From NCBI GenBank assembly GCA_044344255.1, contig JBIJDH010000013.1, forward strand, positions 1 to 64,000: DNA of 64,000 nt, written 5' to 3'. This document shows, in pieces, positions 51,580-61,645 of the stretch. A program made the translations under genes and the position numbers. This DNA is from Myxococcota bacterium (GTDB lineage Bacteria > Myxococcota_A > UBA796 > UBA2385). The stretch's first letter is position 1, and every line of letters starts with the position of its first letter. A model generated the notes under the pieces. That model worked only from the letters and a program-made list of their open reading frames with translations. It was not told where the DNA came from and did not search any database.

Positions 51580-53085
51580 ATGCCCGTGGTGGCCATCGTC
51601 GGCCGTCCGAACGTGGGCAAGTCCACCCTGTTCAATCGCCTCACCGGTACGCGCGACGCGCTCGTGAACGATCGGCCGGGCGTCACCCGGGACCGTCATT
51701 ACGGCACCGCCACCTGGAACAGCCACGAGGTCGTCATCATCGACACCGGTGGCTTCGAGCCCGATCCGGCCTCCCTGCCCGAGGGTGACCTCTTCCACCA
51801 GGTCACCGCCCAGGCCAAGATCGCCATCGAGGAGGCCGACGTCATCCTCTTCGTCGTCGATCGGCAGGTGGGCCTCGCGCCCGCCGATCTGCTCACCGCT
51901 GACATCCTCCGCCGCACCGTGCGGGCCGGCGAACACAAAGACCGGGTCATCCTCGTCGTCAACAAGTGTGACGGCGATCGGCACGACATCGACGCCTTCG
52001 AGTTCTCCGCCCTCGGCGTGGAGCCCATCGTCTGCGTCTCGGCCGAGCACGGCCGCAACGTCTGGGACCTCTGGGATCAGATCATCCCCCGCCTCCCCGA
52101 GCCGGTCGAGGCGGGCCCGGCGGCCGACGACGAAGACAACCGGATCCTCGACGCCGACGAGCCCGAAGAGGAGCTCGTCCAAGAGCCCGGGCGCCGCGAC
52201 CGCAGCCGCGCCGAGCGCGAGCGGATCGAGAGCGAGAAGGGCAACCCGAGCGGCGTGCCGAGCGAGGGCGCCGAGATCAAGATCGCCGTCGTCGGCCGCC
52301 CGAACATCGGCAAGTCCACCCTGGTCAACCGCCTGATCGGTGAAGAGCGTCACGTCGTCCACGACATGCCGGGCACCACGGTGGATCCGGTCGACTCGGT
52401 CTTCTCGATCGACGGTCAGCGATACCGCCTCGTCGACACCGCCGGTGTCCGCCGGCGCTCGCGCATCGAGGACAAGGTCGAGGAGCTCGCCACGCTGCGG
52501 GCCATCAAGACCATCGAGCGCTGCCACCTCACCATCCTGATGATCGACGGCGTCGAGGGGGTGACCGCCCAGGATCAGCGCCTCGCCGCGCTGATCGTCG
52601 AGCGGGGCCGCGCCTGCATCATCGTCCTCAACCGCTGGGACCTCGTGCGCGACCTCGAAGACCGCAACGTCCACGTCGTCGAGGGTGAGCTGCAGGACAT
52701 GCTGCCGCACTTGTCCTGGGCCCCGCCGCTCTACATCTCGGCGCTCACCGGCAAGGGCTGTCACCGCATCCTGCCGCTGTGTAAGGACGCCTTCGAGCAG
52801 TTCAACCGGCGCATCCCCACGGCGAAGCTCAACGACTTCCTGGGCAAGGCGCTCGCCGGCTATCAGCCGCCGCAGAAGAACAACAACCCGGTCCGCATCC
52901 ACTTCATGTCGCAGACCCGCGTCCGTCCGCCTTCGTTCACGGGATGGACGAACAGCCCGGACGCCGTCGGCCCCGCGTATCGGCGGTACCTCGAGGGCAA
53001 GCTCCGCGAGACCTTCGGCTTCCAGGGCACCCCGATCCGCATCGACATGAAGCAGAAGCGGAAGCCCGGCGAGCCCAAGGCGTGA
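51580..53085 (+). CDS. der: Ribosome biogenesis GTPase Der (EngA)
   Basis: Two G domains (GRPNVGKS/DTGG, GRPNIGKS/DTAG), KH-like C-terminus F.GTPI; alternative start at 51526. Confidence 0.97.
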   Translation: MPVVAIVGRPNVGKSTLFNRLTGTRDALVNDRPGVTRDRHYGTATWNSHEVVIIDTGGFEPDPASLPEGDLFHQVTAQAKIAIEEADVILFVVDRQVGLAPADLLTADILRRTVRAGEHKDRVILVVNKCDGDRHDIDAFEFSALGVEPIVCVSAEHGRNVWDLWDQIIPRLPEPVEAGPAADDEDNRILDADEPEEELVQEPGRRDRSRAERERIESEKGNPSGVPSEGAEIKIAVVGRPNIGKSTLVNRLIGEERHVVHDMPGTTVDPVDSVFSIDGQRYRLVDTAGVRRRSRIEDKVEELATLRAIKTIERCHLTILMIDGVEGVTAQDQRLAALIVERGRACIIVLNRWDLVRDLEDRNVHVVEGELQDMLPHLSWAPPLYISALTGKGCHRILPLCKDAFEQFNRRIPTAKLNDFLGKALAGYQPPQKNNNPVRIHFMSQTRVRPPSFTGWTNSPDAVGPAYRRYLEGKLRETFGFQGTPIRIDMKQKRKPGEPKA

Positions 53086-54992
53086 TCCGGGTCCTCGAAG
53101 ACCGCGTCGTCAACAAGATCGCGGCCGGCGAGGTGGTGGAGCGCCCGGCGAGCGCCCTGAAGGAGCTCTTCGAGAACGCGCTCGACGCCGGGGCCACCGA
53201 GCTCCGGGTCGAGCTCGAGCGGGGTGGGCGCGAGCTCGTGCGGGTGGCCGACAACGGCAGCGGGATGGACCGCTCCGACGCCACCCTCTGCCTCGAGCGA
53301 CACGCCACGAGCAAGATCCGCTCCGATGAGGATCTGTTCAACATCCACACGCTCGGCTTCCGGGGGGAGGCCGTACCGAGCATCGCCGCGGTCAGCCGCT
53401 TCGAGCTCGTCACCCGCACCGCGGCGGCCGCGGTGGGCACCCGCATCCGGGTCGAGGGCGGGCGCCTCGACGCGGTGGAGGACGCCGGCTGCCCCGTCGG
53501 CACCGACATCTCCGTGCGGTCGCTCTTCTTCAACATCCCCGTGCGGAAGAAGTTCCTGCGCACGGTGCAGACCGAGCTCAGCCACTGCATGGAGGCGGTG
53601 CTGCGGGAGTCCCTGATCCGCCCAGAGCTCGACGTCGAGCTCATCCACGACGGGGAGCGGCTGCTGCACGCCCCCCGCGCCAAGGATCGGGCCGCTCGCG
53701 CCGCCGACCTGCTCGGCGGGCACGGCGAGGCGCTGGTGCCGGTCTCCTTCCAGCGCGGGGAGCTCGAGCTGGAGGGGCTCATCTCGCCGGTGGGCGTGCA
53801 CAAGGCCGATGCTCAGGGCTCGAGCTACCTGTACGTGAACGGTCGATTCGTCCGCGATCCGGTGCTTCGAAAGGCCGTGACCGACGCCTACCGCGGCATC
53901 GTCCCCAAGGACCGCCACCCCACCGTGGTCCTCGAGCTGCGGGTCCCCCGCGACCGGGTCGACGTCAACGTGCACCCCGCCAAGACCGAGGTGCGCTTCC
54001 AGGACGCCCGCGAGCTCGTCCACGCCGTCTCCGAGGGGCTGCGGGAGGGCCTGCAGCGGCACGGCATCCACCGACCGGTCTTCGAGCGACGGCCCGACCC
54101 TCGCCCGCCGCGCGGGGTCGATCCCTTCCCCCAGCAGGCCCTGCCGGTGAGGGCGACGCCGGGGCCGCTCTTCTCGGCCGAGCCGCCGCCCGCGTGGGAC
54201 CCCGGCCCGCCCCCCGCCTGGGACCCTGGCCCGCCGCCGCCGGACGAGTGGGCGCCGCTCCCGGCCGAACGGGACGGCCCGCCGCCCACGCCGGCGGCCC
54301 CAGCGTCGGTCCCCACGTCGGTCCCAACGTCTGTCTCACTGACGGTCGCTCCGGCGCCGAGCGGCCGACCGCCGCTGCCCTCGGCGGTCGACCGGGGTCT
54401 GCTGCCCGTGCCCCGCTTCGCGGACCTGCGGGTCCTCGGGCAGCTCGCCCGCACCTACGTGCTCTGCGAGGGCCTGGGTGAGCTCGTGATCATTGACCAG
54501 CACGCCGCTCACGAGCGGGTCACCCTCCACCGCCTGCTCGCCGCCGAGCGCGGGGAGGGCAGCGGCGGCCAGCGCCTCCTCGCCCCGCCGGTGGTCGAGC
54601 TCTCTGCCCCGCGCGCCCGCGCCCTGGCCGAGCACGCCCCCCTGCTCGCCGGCTGGGGCCTCGAGGTGGAGGCCTTCGGCGGCCGCAGCTTCATCATCAA
54701 GCAGGTGCCCGAGGTGCTGCTCGGCGCCGATCTCCGCCGCCTCGTCGAAGATGTGGCCGACGACCTCGCCCAGGGAGGCAGCGGCGAGCCAGCCCGCGCC
54801 CACAAGGAGAAGGTGCTGGCCACGATGGCCTGCCACACCTCGGTGCGGGCCGGGCAGGTGCTCTCCCCCTACGAGATGCGCTCCTTGCTGGTCTCCCTCG
54901 ATCAGGTGGACTTCTCGGTCTGCGCGCACGGCCGCCCGGTGATCATCCGCGTCTCGCCTGCGGAGCTCGAGCGGCGCTTCCACCGGAGCTGA
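53082..54992 (+). CDS. mutL: DNA mismatch repair endonuclease MutL
   Basis: IAAGEVVERP, ENALDAG, HATSK, GFRGEA, DVNVHPAK, DQHAAHER, CAHGRP; GTG start overlaps the der stop. Confidence 0.97.
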   Translation: MIRVLEDRVVNKIAAGEVVERPASALKELFENALDAGATELRVELERGGRELVRVADNGSGMDRSDATLCLERHATSKIRSDEDLFNIHTLGFRGEAVPSIAAVSRFELVTRTAAAAVGTRIRVEGGRLDAVEDAGCPVGTDISVRSLFFNIPVRKKFLRTVQTELSHCMEAVLRESLIRPELDVELIHDGERLLHAPRAKDRAARAADLLGGHGEALVPVSFQRGELELEGLISPVGVHKADAQGSSYLYVNGRFVRDPVLRKAVTDAYRGIVPKDRHPTVVLELRVPRDRVDVNVHPAKTEVRFQDARELVHAVSEGLREGLQRHGIHRPVFERRPDPRPPRGVDPFPQQALPVRATPGPLFSAEPPPAWDPGPPPAWDPGPPPPDEWAPLPAERDGPPPTPAAPASVPTSVPTSVSLTVAPAPSGRPPLPSAVDRGLLPVPRFADLRVLGQLARTYVLCEGLGELVIIDQHAAHERVTLHRLLAAERGEGSGGQRLLAPPVVELSAPRARALAEHAPLLAGWGLEVEAFGGRSFIIKQVPEVLLGADLRRLVEDVADDLAQGGSGEPARAHKEKVLATMACHTSVRAGQVLSPYEMRSLLVSLDQVDFSVCAHGRPVIIRVSPAELERRFHRS

Positions 54993-55042
54993 TCCACGAC
55001 GGGCGCTGGCACGAGCCGGGCCCAGGGGAGGGGGTAGGTCGG

Positions 55043-55936
55043 ATGTCCACGGCGCTCATCATCGGCGGGCCCACCGCCGCCGGGAAGACCGACCTCGCCG
55101 TCGAGCTCGCGCTTCAGTACGGCGCCGCCCTCCTCTCCGCGGACGCTATGACCGTGTACCGGGGTATGGACGTCGGCACCGCCAAGCCCGCCCGCGCGCT
55201 GCTCGACCGCCTGCCCCACGCCGCGATTGACGAGCGAGAGCCCGACGAAGACTGGAGCGTCGCCGACTTTGTGGACGCCTTTCACCGCGTGTCGGCGACG
55301 AGCGCTCGGGTGGTGGTGGTCGGCGGTACGCCCTTCTACCTCCGTGCCTTGGCGCGACCGCTCGCCAGCCTCCCCGGCGCCGATCCGACGCTGCGCGCCG
55401 AGCTGGAGGCCCTCCCCGACCCCCACGCCCGGCTGAGGGAGGTCGATCCCCCCTCGGCCGAGCGCCTCCATCCGAACGATCGCGTCCGGGTGGTGCGCGC
55501 CCTCGAGGTGAGCGCGCTCTCCGGCATGCCGATGTCGGCCCTGCACGCCCGCGACGCCGCGCGCCCCGCCCTCGTCCCCGAGGCCCACGTCGGCTGGCTC
55601 GACCGCGACGACCTCCGATCGCGGATCGACGCCCGCGTCGCGGGGATGGTGGAGCAGGGCTACCTCGATGAGGTCCGCCGCCTGCTCGACCTTTGGCCCC
55701 GCGAGATCAAGCCGCTCCGCTCCTTCGCTTACACCCACCTCGTCGATCACCTGCTGCTGGAGCTCCCCCTCGACGAGGCGCTCCGCCGCACCGCGCGGGA
55801 CACCTGGGTCCTGGCCCGCAAGCAGCGCACCTGGGCCCGCGGCATGGGCTGGGCGCCGACCGACCCTGCGGGCATCCGCGCCCTCGCCCGGCGGGTCTTC
55901 GAGGGGCCGGGCGCCGCGGGGGCCGACGGTGGGTGA
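55043..55936 (+). CDS. miaA: tRNA dimethylallyltransferase
   Basis: GPTAAGKT, VYRGMDVGTAKP, VGGT.FY, HPND..RVVRALEV, ARKQRTW; follows mutL. Confidence 0.96.
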   Translation: MSTALIIGGPTAAGKTDLAVELALQYGAALLSADAMTVYRGMDVGTAKPARALLDRLPHAAIDEREPDEDWSVADFVDAFHRVSATSARVVVVGGTPFYLRALARPLASLPGADPTLRAELEALPDPHARLREVDPPSAERLHPNDRVRVVRALEVSALSGMPMSALHARDAARPALVPEAHVGWLDRDDLRSRIDARVAGMVEQGYLDEVRRLLDLWPREIKPLRSFAYTHLVDHLLLELPLDEALRRTARDTWVLARKQRTWARGMGWAPTDPAGIRALARRVFEGPGAAGADGG

Positions 55937-56139
55937 CACGGTCGCTGGACCTGAAGGCATCACATGAGATAGGATCTTGACCAGTCAAGCCGGTTGTCCT
56001 CCGCATGGGGCGCCACCTGCGGCGCTGGCTGGATCCGCGGGGTCAGATCGCCGCGGCTCCGGTGTCTCGTTGAAGGTCCCGGCGGTGTGCCCCGTCCGCC
56101 CTGAGCCGCCTGCGGGTCGTCCCGCCCGGAGGAGCGCCC

Positions 56140-56838
56140 TTGAACTCAGCCTTGCCCCGCCGCCGCGCGCCCTCGGGCCCCCTCCTCGCCCTCCTCCTCT
56201 GGGGTGGGCTCGTGGGCGGGAGCGTCGGTGGCTGTGACCACGTGCGCTACACCGAGGCCTTCGAGCCCGAGGTCGCCGTCGAGCGCGTGCTGATCCGGGT
56301 CGAGGCGGGTGAGGTCGAGATCGAGGCCGCCGAGGTCCTGCGCGTGGAGCGGGCGATCCGCGCCCCGCGGGGGTCGCTCGAGCTCAGCCATCGGGTCGAG
56401 GGTGGGCAGCTCATCCTCGAGGCCCACTGCCGGGGCCTCCTGCCCTGCGCGGTCGACACCTTGGTCTCTCTCCCCCCCGGCATCCCGGTGGAGGTCGAGC
56501 TGGGCCACGGGGACCTCGTCGCGGACGGCGTCGATCGCCTCCAGGTCGGCCTCCGCAGCGGGGAGGTCACCCTCGACGGCGTCGCCCGCGCGACGGTGCA
56601 GGTGGGGGAGGGGAGCGTCACGGCCCGCCTCACCACCGGAGCGCGCGCCGACCTCACGGTGGCCGAAGGCGACATCGACGTCACCGTACAGGGCGGGAGC
56701 TGGCAGATCGAGGCCACCGCCGCCGACGTCCGCCTCTCCGGCATCGAGTCCTCCGAAGACGGAGACGGTCAGCTCCACCTCGTCGCCCCGTCGGGGGAGG
56801 TGAGGGTCCGCCTGCCCGAGCCGGTCGCCCGGCGGTGA
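56140..56838 (+). CDS. Lipoprotein with DUF4097/putative-adhesin-like beta-repeat domain
   Basis: VGGC lipobox; repeated G-D/E-V-x-V strands; RBS GGAGGAG. Confidence 0.65.
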   Translation: MNSALPRRRAPSGPLLALLLWGGLVGGSVGGCDHVRYTEAFEPEVAVERVLIRVEAGEVEIEAAEVLRVERAIRAPRGSLELSHRVEGGQLILEAHCRGLLPCAVDTLVSLPPGIPVEVELGHGDLVADGVDRLQVGLRSGEVTLDGVARATVQVGEGSVTARLTTGARADLTVAEGDIDVTVQGGSWQIEATAADVRLSGIESSEDGDGQLHLVAPSGEVRVRLPEPVARR

Positions 56839-56879
56839 TGGGTGCGTGGTAGGGTGGGGCAACTCCCCCGGAAGGTCCG

Positions 56880-59453
56880 ATGGCCACCCGCCCACGTTCC
56901 CGCTCGCCCTTCGGCCGGCCCTCGCCGCTGCTCCTGAGCCTGCTGCTCGGCGCCTGCGCCTACATCGGGGACGCCGACGAGAAGGCCCGCCTCGACCCCG
57001 ATGGAGACGGCGTCCTCTTCCCAAACGACTGCGACGACGACGACGCCCAGCGAGGGGAGCCCGAGGTCTTCTACGAAGACCTGGACGGCGACGGCTTCGG
57101 GGACGCCGAGGCCGAGCTCACCGCCTGCACCTTGCCCGACGGTGCGGTGCGCGATGACCGCGACTGCGACGACAGCACCCCCGACGTCTTCCCCGGCGCC
57201 CAGGAGGTGCCCTACGACGGCATCGACCAGGACTGCGACAACACCGACATCACCGACGTAGACGGCGACGGCTACCCAAGCACGGCGGTGTCGGGCGGCG
57301 ATGACTGTGACGACGCCGATCCCGACATCCACCCCACCGCCGAGGACGACTGGTACGACGGCGTGGACGCCGACTGCGCGGGGAACGACGACTTCGACCA
57401 GGACGGCGACGGCTACACCTCAGACCTCTACGGCGGCCCCGACTGCGACGACACCGACGCCTCCCGCCTGCCCACGAGCGGCGTCGAGGAGGTGTACTAC
57501 AACGGCTTCGACGAGAACTGTGACTCCCTCGCCGACGGCGACGGCGACTGGGATGGAGACGGCTTCTGGGCGGATGACTACGAGGCGCGGGTGGCGGCCA
57601 GCGGAGAGACGATCGAGGTCAACATCCCCCCGGGCGACCGCGACTGCTGGGATGAGGGCTCGGTCACTCCCTCTGCCTACACCGCGATCAACGGCTTCCC
57701 CCAGCCCCCTGTCGAGGCCGTGTACCCCGGCGCGCCCGACACCTACTACGACGGCGTGGATGCCGACTGTGGCGGCGATGACGACTTCGACGCTGACCAG
57801 GACAGCTACAACTCCGACACCTGGCCCGACCGCGCGGGCTTCATCGGCCCCGACTGCGACGACGCCGACCCCTCCATCAGCCCGGCCGAGCCCTACGATC
57901 CGCCCTATGACGGCGTCGATCAGGACTGCGCCGGCGACAGCGACTACGACGCCGACCGGGACGGCTTCGACGCCAGCGACTGGTCTGGGACGGACTGTGA
58001 CGACACACTCTCTTCGGTCAACCCGAGCGAGTCGGAGATCTGCAACAACGGGCTCGACGACGACTGCAGCGGCGACGACAACACCTGTGGCTTCGACAAC
58101 AGTCAATCCGTGGCCCAAGCGGACGCCGAGCTCTTCGGCGACAATGACTACGCCGGCTTCGGTGACACCATCGAGGGCGGAGACCTCGACGGCGACGGGC
58201 GCGGCGACGCCATCATCGGCAGCCCCTACCTCAAGAGCGTCTACACCGGCTGGAACACCGGCGGGGTGCAGCTCTTCTATGGGCCGCTCTCCGCCTCCGG
58301 TCGCACCGCCAGCCTCAGCCTCTATGCGGACAACGACAATGACTATGTCGGCGACGCCCTCTCGGAGGGGGTGGACATCGACGCCGACGGCTACGAAGAC
58401 CTCGCGGTGGGCGCCCAGTATGTCTCCTCTGGCGCTTATTACTCCGGCACCGTCTACCTCCTGAACGGCCCCCTCGGGAGCGGCTCGGGCAGGCTCTCGG
58501 ATTACCACCAGCTCTATTGGCACTCCGACTATGACCAGATGGGCCGGATCGTCGACACCCGCGGTGACCTCGACGGGGACGGCCACGAAGACCTCCTCGT
58601 CGGCTCGAGCGGCGCGGTCGGGTCCGGCGGATACGGTCGCGCGGTCATCGTCTCGGGTCCCGACACCTACACCGGGAACAGCCGAGACTACATCTACGAC
58701 CTGCCCTGGGTGGCCGACGTCCAGGGTGACTACACCACCACGGCCTTCGCGGCGGCCGCCGACACCAGCGGCGATCTGACCGGTGACGGCATCGACGACC
58801 TCGTGATCACCGACCCCAGCGCCACCGACTTCACCGGCGCGAAGGTGGGGCAGGTCTTCATCTTCGCCGGGCCGCTCTCCGGCTCCTACGTGGCCTCCGA
58901 CTACGACGCCGCGGTCACCGGCGTCGAGGCCTACGCCAACGCCGGGGAGACGATCGCGGCGGGCGGCGACTACGACGGAGACGGCTACAACGACCTCGCC
59001 TTGGGGGCGCCCTACTCGAACGGGGGGGCCTACCAGGGCGGCGCCGCCTTCATGACCCTCGGCCCCTTCAGCGTGGGCGCGCAGACCGTCAACGACGCCG
59101 ACGCTTCGGTGTACGGCGTCACCTCCTACGGCTACCTCGGCGAGGCCTTGGAGAGCCAGGCCGACAGCGACGGGGCCGGCCAGGACGACCTCCTCATCGG
59201 CGTCCCCTCGAGCGCCGGCGCGGTGCTGGTCTTCCTCACGGGCTTGAGCGGCGCGCTCAGCCCCTCCGACGCCACCGCCACGCTGCGGGGATCCGGGAGC
59301 GCCGACGCCATCGGCGCCGAGCTCGGCGTCGTCGGTGACCTCTCCGGGGATGGCCGGCCAGACCTCCTCCTCGGCAGCCCCTACCGCGACTCCGCCCTCT
59401 CCACCGCCTCGTCTGAGGGCTCCGCCTTCCTCTTCCTCGGAGGTTCATTGTGA
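56880..59453 (+). CDS. Large lipoprotein with MopE-related DCDD/GxDxDC metal-binding repeats and FG-GAP propeller
   Basis: LGAC lipobox; repeated DCDD...P.A.E..YDG.D.DC motifs; GDxxGDG..DL repeats. Confidence 0.88.
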   Translation: MATRPRSRSPFGRPSPLLLSLLLGACAYIGDADEKARLDPDGDGVLFPNDCDDDDAQRGEPEVFYEDLDGDGFGDAEAELTACTLPDGAVRDDRDCDDSTPDVFPGAQEVPYDGIDQDCDNTDITDVDGDGYPSTAVSGGDDCDDADPDIHPTAEDDWYDGVDADCAGNDDFDQDGDGYTSDLYGGPDCDDTDASRLPTSGVEEVYYNGFDENCDSLADGDGDWDGDGFWADDYEARVAASGETIEVNIPPGDRDCWDEGSVTPSAYTAINGFPQPPVEAVYPGAPDTYYDGVDADCGGDDDFDADQDSYNSDTWPDRAGFIGPDCDDADPSISPAEPYDPPYDGVDQDCAGDSDYDADRDGFDASDWSGTDCDDTLSSVNPSESEICNNGLDDDCSGDDNTCGFDNSQSVAQADAELFGDNDYAGFGDTIEGGDLDGDGRGDAIIGSPYLKSVYTGWNTGGVQLFYGPLSASGRTASLSLYADNDNDYVGDALSEGVDIDADGYEDLAVGAQYVSSGAYYSGTVYLLNGPLGSGSGRLSDYHQLYWHSDYDQMGRIVDTRGDLDGDGHEDLLVGSSGAVGSGGYGRAVIVSGPDTYTGNSRDYIYDLPWVADVQGDYTTTAFAAAADTSGDLTGDGIDDLVITDPSATDFTGAKVGQVFIFAGPLSGSYVASDYDAAVTGVEAYANAGETIAAGGDYDGDGYNDLALGAPYSNGGAYQGGAAFMTLGPFSVGAQTVNDADASVYGVTSYGYLGEALESQADSDGAGQDDLLIGVPSSAGAVLVFLTGLSGALSPSDATATLRGSGSADAIGAELGVVGDLSGDGRPDLLLGSPYRDSALSTASSEGSAFLFLGGSL

Positions 59454-60547
59454 GCGGCCGCACGGCAGACACCCAGCGCCGGCCTCGGTGGCGGGCACCC
59501 CTCCTGCTCAGCCTGTGGGTGGGCCTCGCCTCCACCGCGGCGCTGGCCGCCACCCCGGAGGAGGAGGTCGCCGCGGCCCGCGACGCCCTCATCCGCTCCA
59601 AGCCTGCGGACGCCCTCGGGCGCCTCACCGCCGCCGAGTCCGCGGCCGCCGGGCTCACGAGCGTGGTGACCCCCTCCACCCTGGCGAAGCTCTCGCTCTA
59701 CCGCGGGGTCGCCTATCGGATGCAGAAGGACAGCAAGGGGCGAGACATGGAGGCCTGGCGACAGGCGCTCGTCTTCGACCTCCAGCTCGTCTGGGACGAA
59801 GGCGCCCTCAAGAACGACGAGGCGCAGGACCTCTTCGAGGCGCTGCGCGCCGAGGTGCGCGACCGCAAGAAGGTGGACCCCGCCGTCCCCGAGGCGACCG
59901 GGGCCGCCAAGATCTTCGTCGATGGCCAGCGCGTGAAGAGCGGCGACAAGGTGCTCGAGGGCCGCCACCTCGGCCAGATCACCTGCCCCGACGGGGTCAC
60001 CCACGGCGCCTGGACCGACTTCGCGAAGCCCGTGAAGTGGTTCAAGATGTGCCCCGGCGGCGTCGACACCGCGGTGGTGGTCGCCGAGGCGCCGGTCGAG
60101 GACGAGTGGGGCGACGTCGGCCCGGCCTTCGGCGCCCCCGTCGCCGAGCCGCCGCCCCCCGCCGTGACGAAGGCCGCGCCCGCCAAGACCGCGCCCGCCA
60201 AGACCGAGCCCGTCGCCAAGGTGGGGGAGCCCGTCGCCAAGGTGGGGGAGCCCGTCGAGGTAGACGGCGGCGTCGGCACGCTCGGCGAGGACGGCGTGCT
60301 CTATGTGCGCCGCAAGATCCATTGGCCGCTCATCATCGGGGCGGGCGCGCTCGGCCTCGGGGCCGGCGGCCTGCACTACCTCGCCGTTCAGGGTCGCCAG
60401 GACTACCTCGACCCCGCCAACCCAGACATCCGGTCGACCGGCGACCTCGATGACCTGCGCACCCAGACCAACCGGCGCGAGACGGCCTCCATCGCGCTGG
60501 CCGGCCTCTCGGCGGGGGTGTACGTGGCGGCCTTCATTCAGTGGTGA
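59450..60547 (+). CDS. Secreted hypothetical protein: helical domain + PEGA-like domain + C-terminal hydrophobic hairpin
   Basis: Signal peptide ALA-A; TPR-like helices; IFVDGQRV; two Gly-rich hydrophobic segments; terminal Trp; GTGA overlap with the upstream stop. Confidence 0.75.
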   Translation: MSGRTADTQRRPRWRAPLLLSLWVGLASTAALAATPEEEVAAARDALIRSKPADALGRLTAAESAAAGLTSVVTPSTLAKLSLYRGVAYRMQKDSKGRDMEAWRQALVFDLQLVWDEGALKNDEAQDLFEALRAEVRDRKKVDPAVPEATGAAKIFVDGQRVKSGDKVLEGRHLGQITCPDGVTHGAWTDFAKPVKWFKMCPGGVDTAVVVAEAPVEDEWGDVGPAFGAPVAEPPPPAVTKAAPAKTAPAKTEPVAKVGEPVAKVGEPVEVDGGVGTLGEDGVLYVRRKIHWPLIIGAGALGLGAGGLHYLAVQGRQDYLDPANPDIRSTGDLDDLRTQTNRRETASIALAGLSAGVYVAAFIQW

Positions 60548-60591
60548 CCACAAGCGGTGACCCCCAGCGGTGCCCACCAGCGGTGACCCCC
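60540..60591 (+). repeat. Four 13-bp tandem repeats (AGCGGTGACCCCC consensus) upstream of accA
   Basis: agtggtgaccaca / agcggtgaccccc / agcggtgcccacc / agcggtgaccccc. Confidence 0.85.
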
Positions 60592-60625
60592 GTGGCTGAG
60601 GGGGGCCTCGGAGAGAGCGACATCC

Positions 60626-61641
<1,016 letters not shown>

Positions 61642-61645
<4 letters not shown>

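Noticed and set aside
60540..60591. Repeats here and at 43607 considered as mini-CRISPR arrays
   Set aside because: Units are 13-16 bp and abut with no spacers; no cas genes
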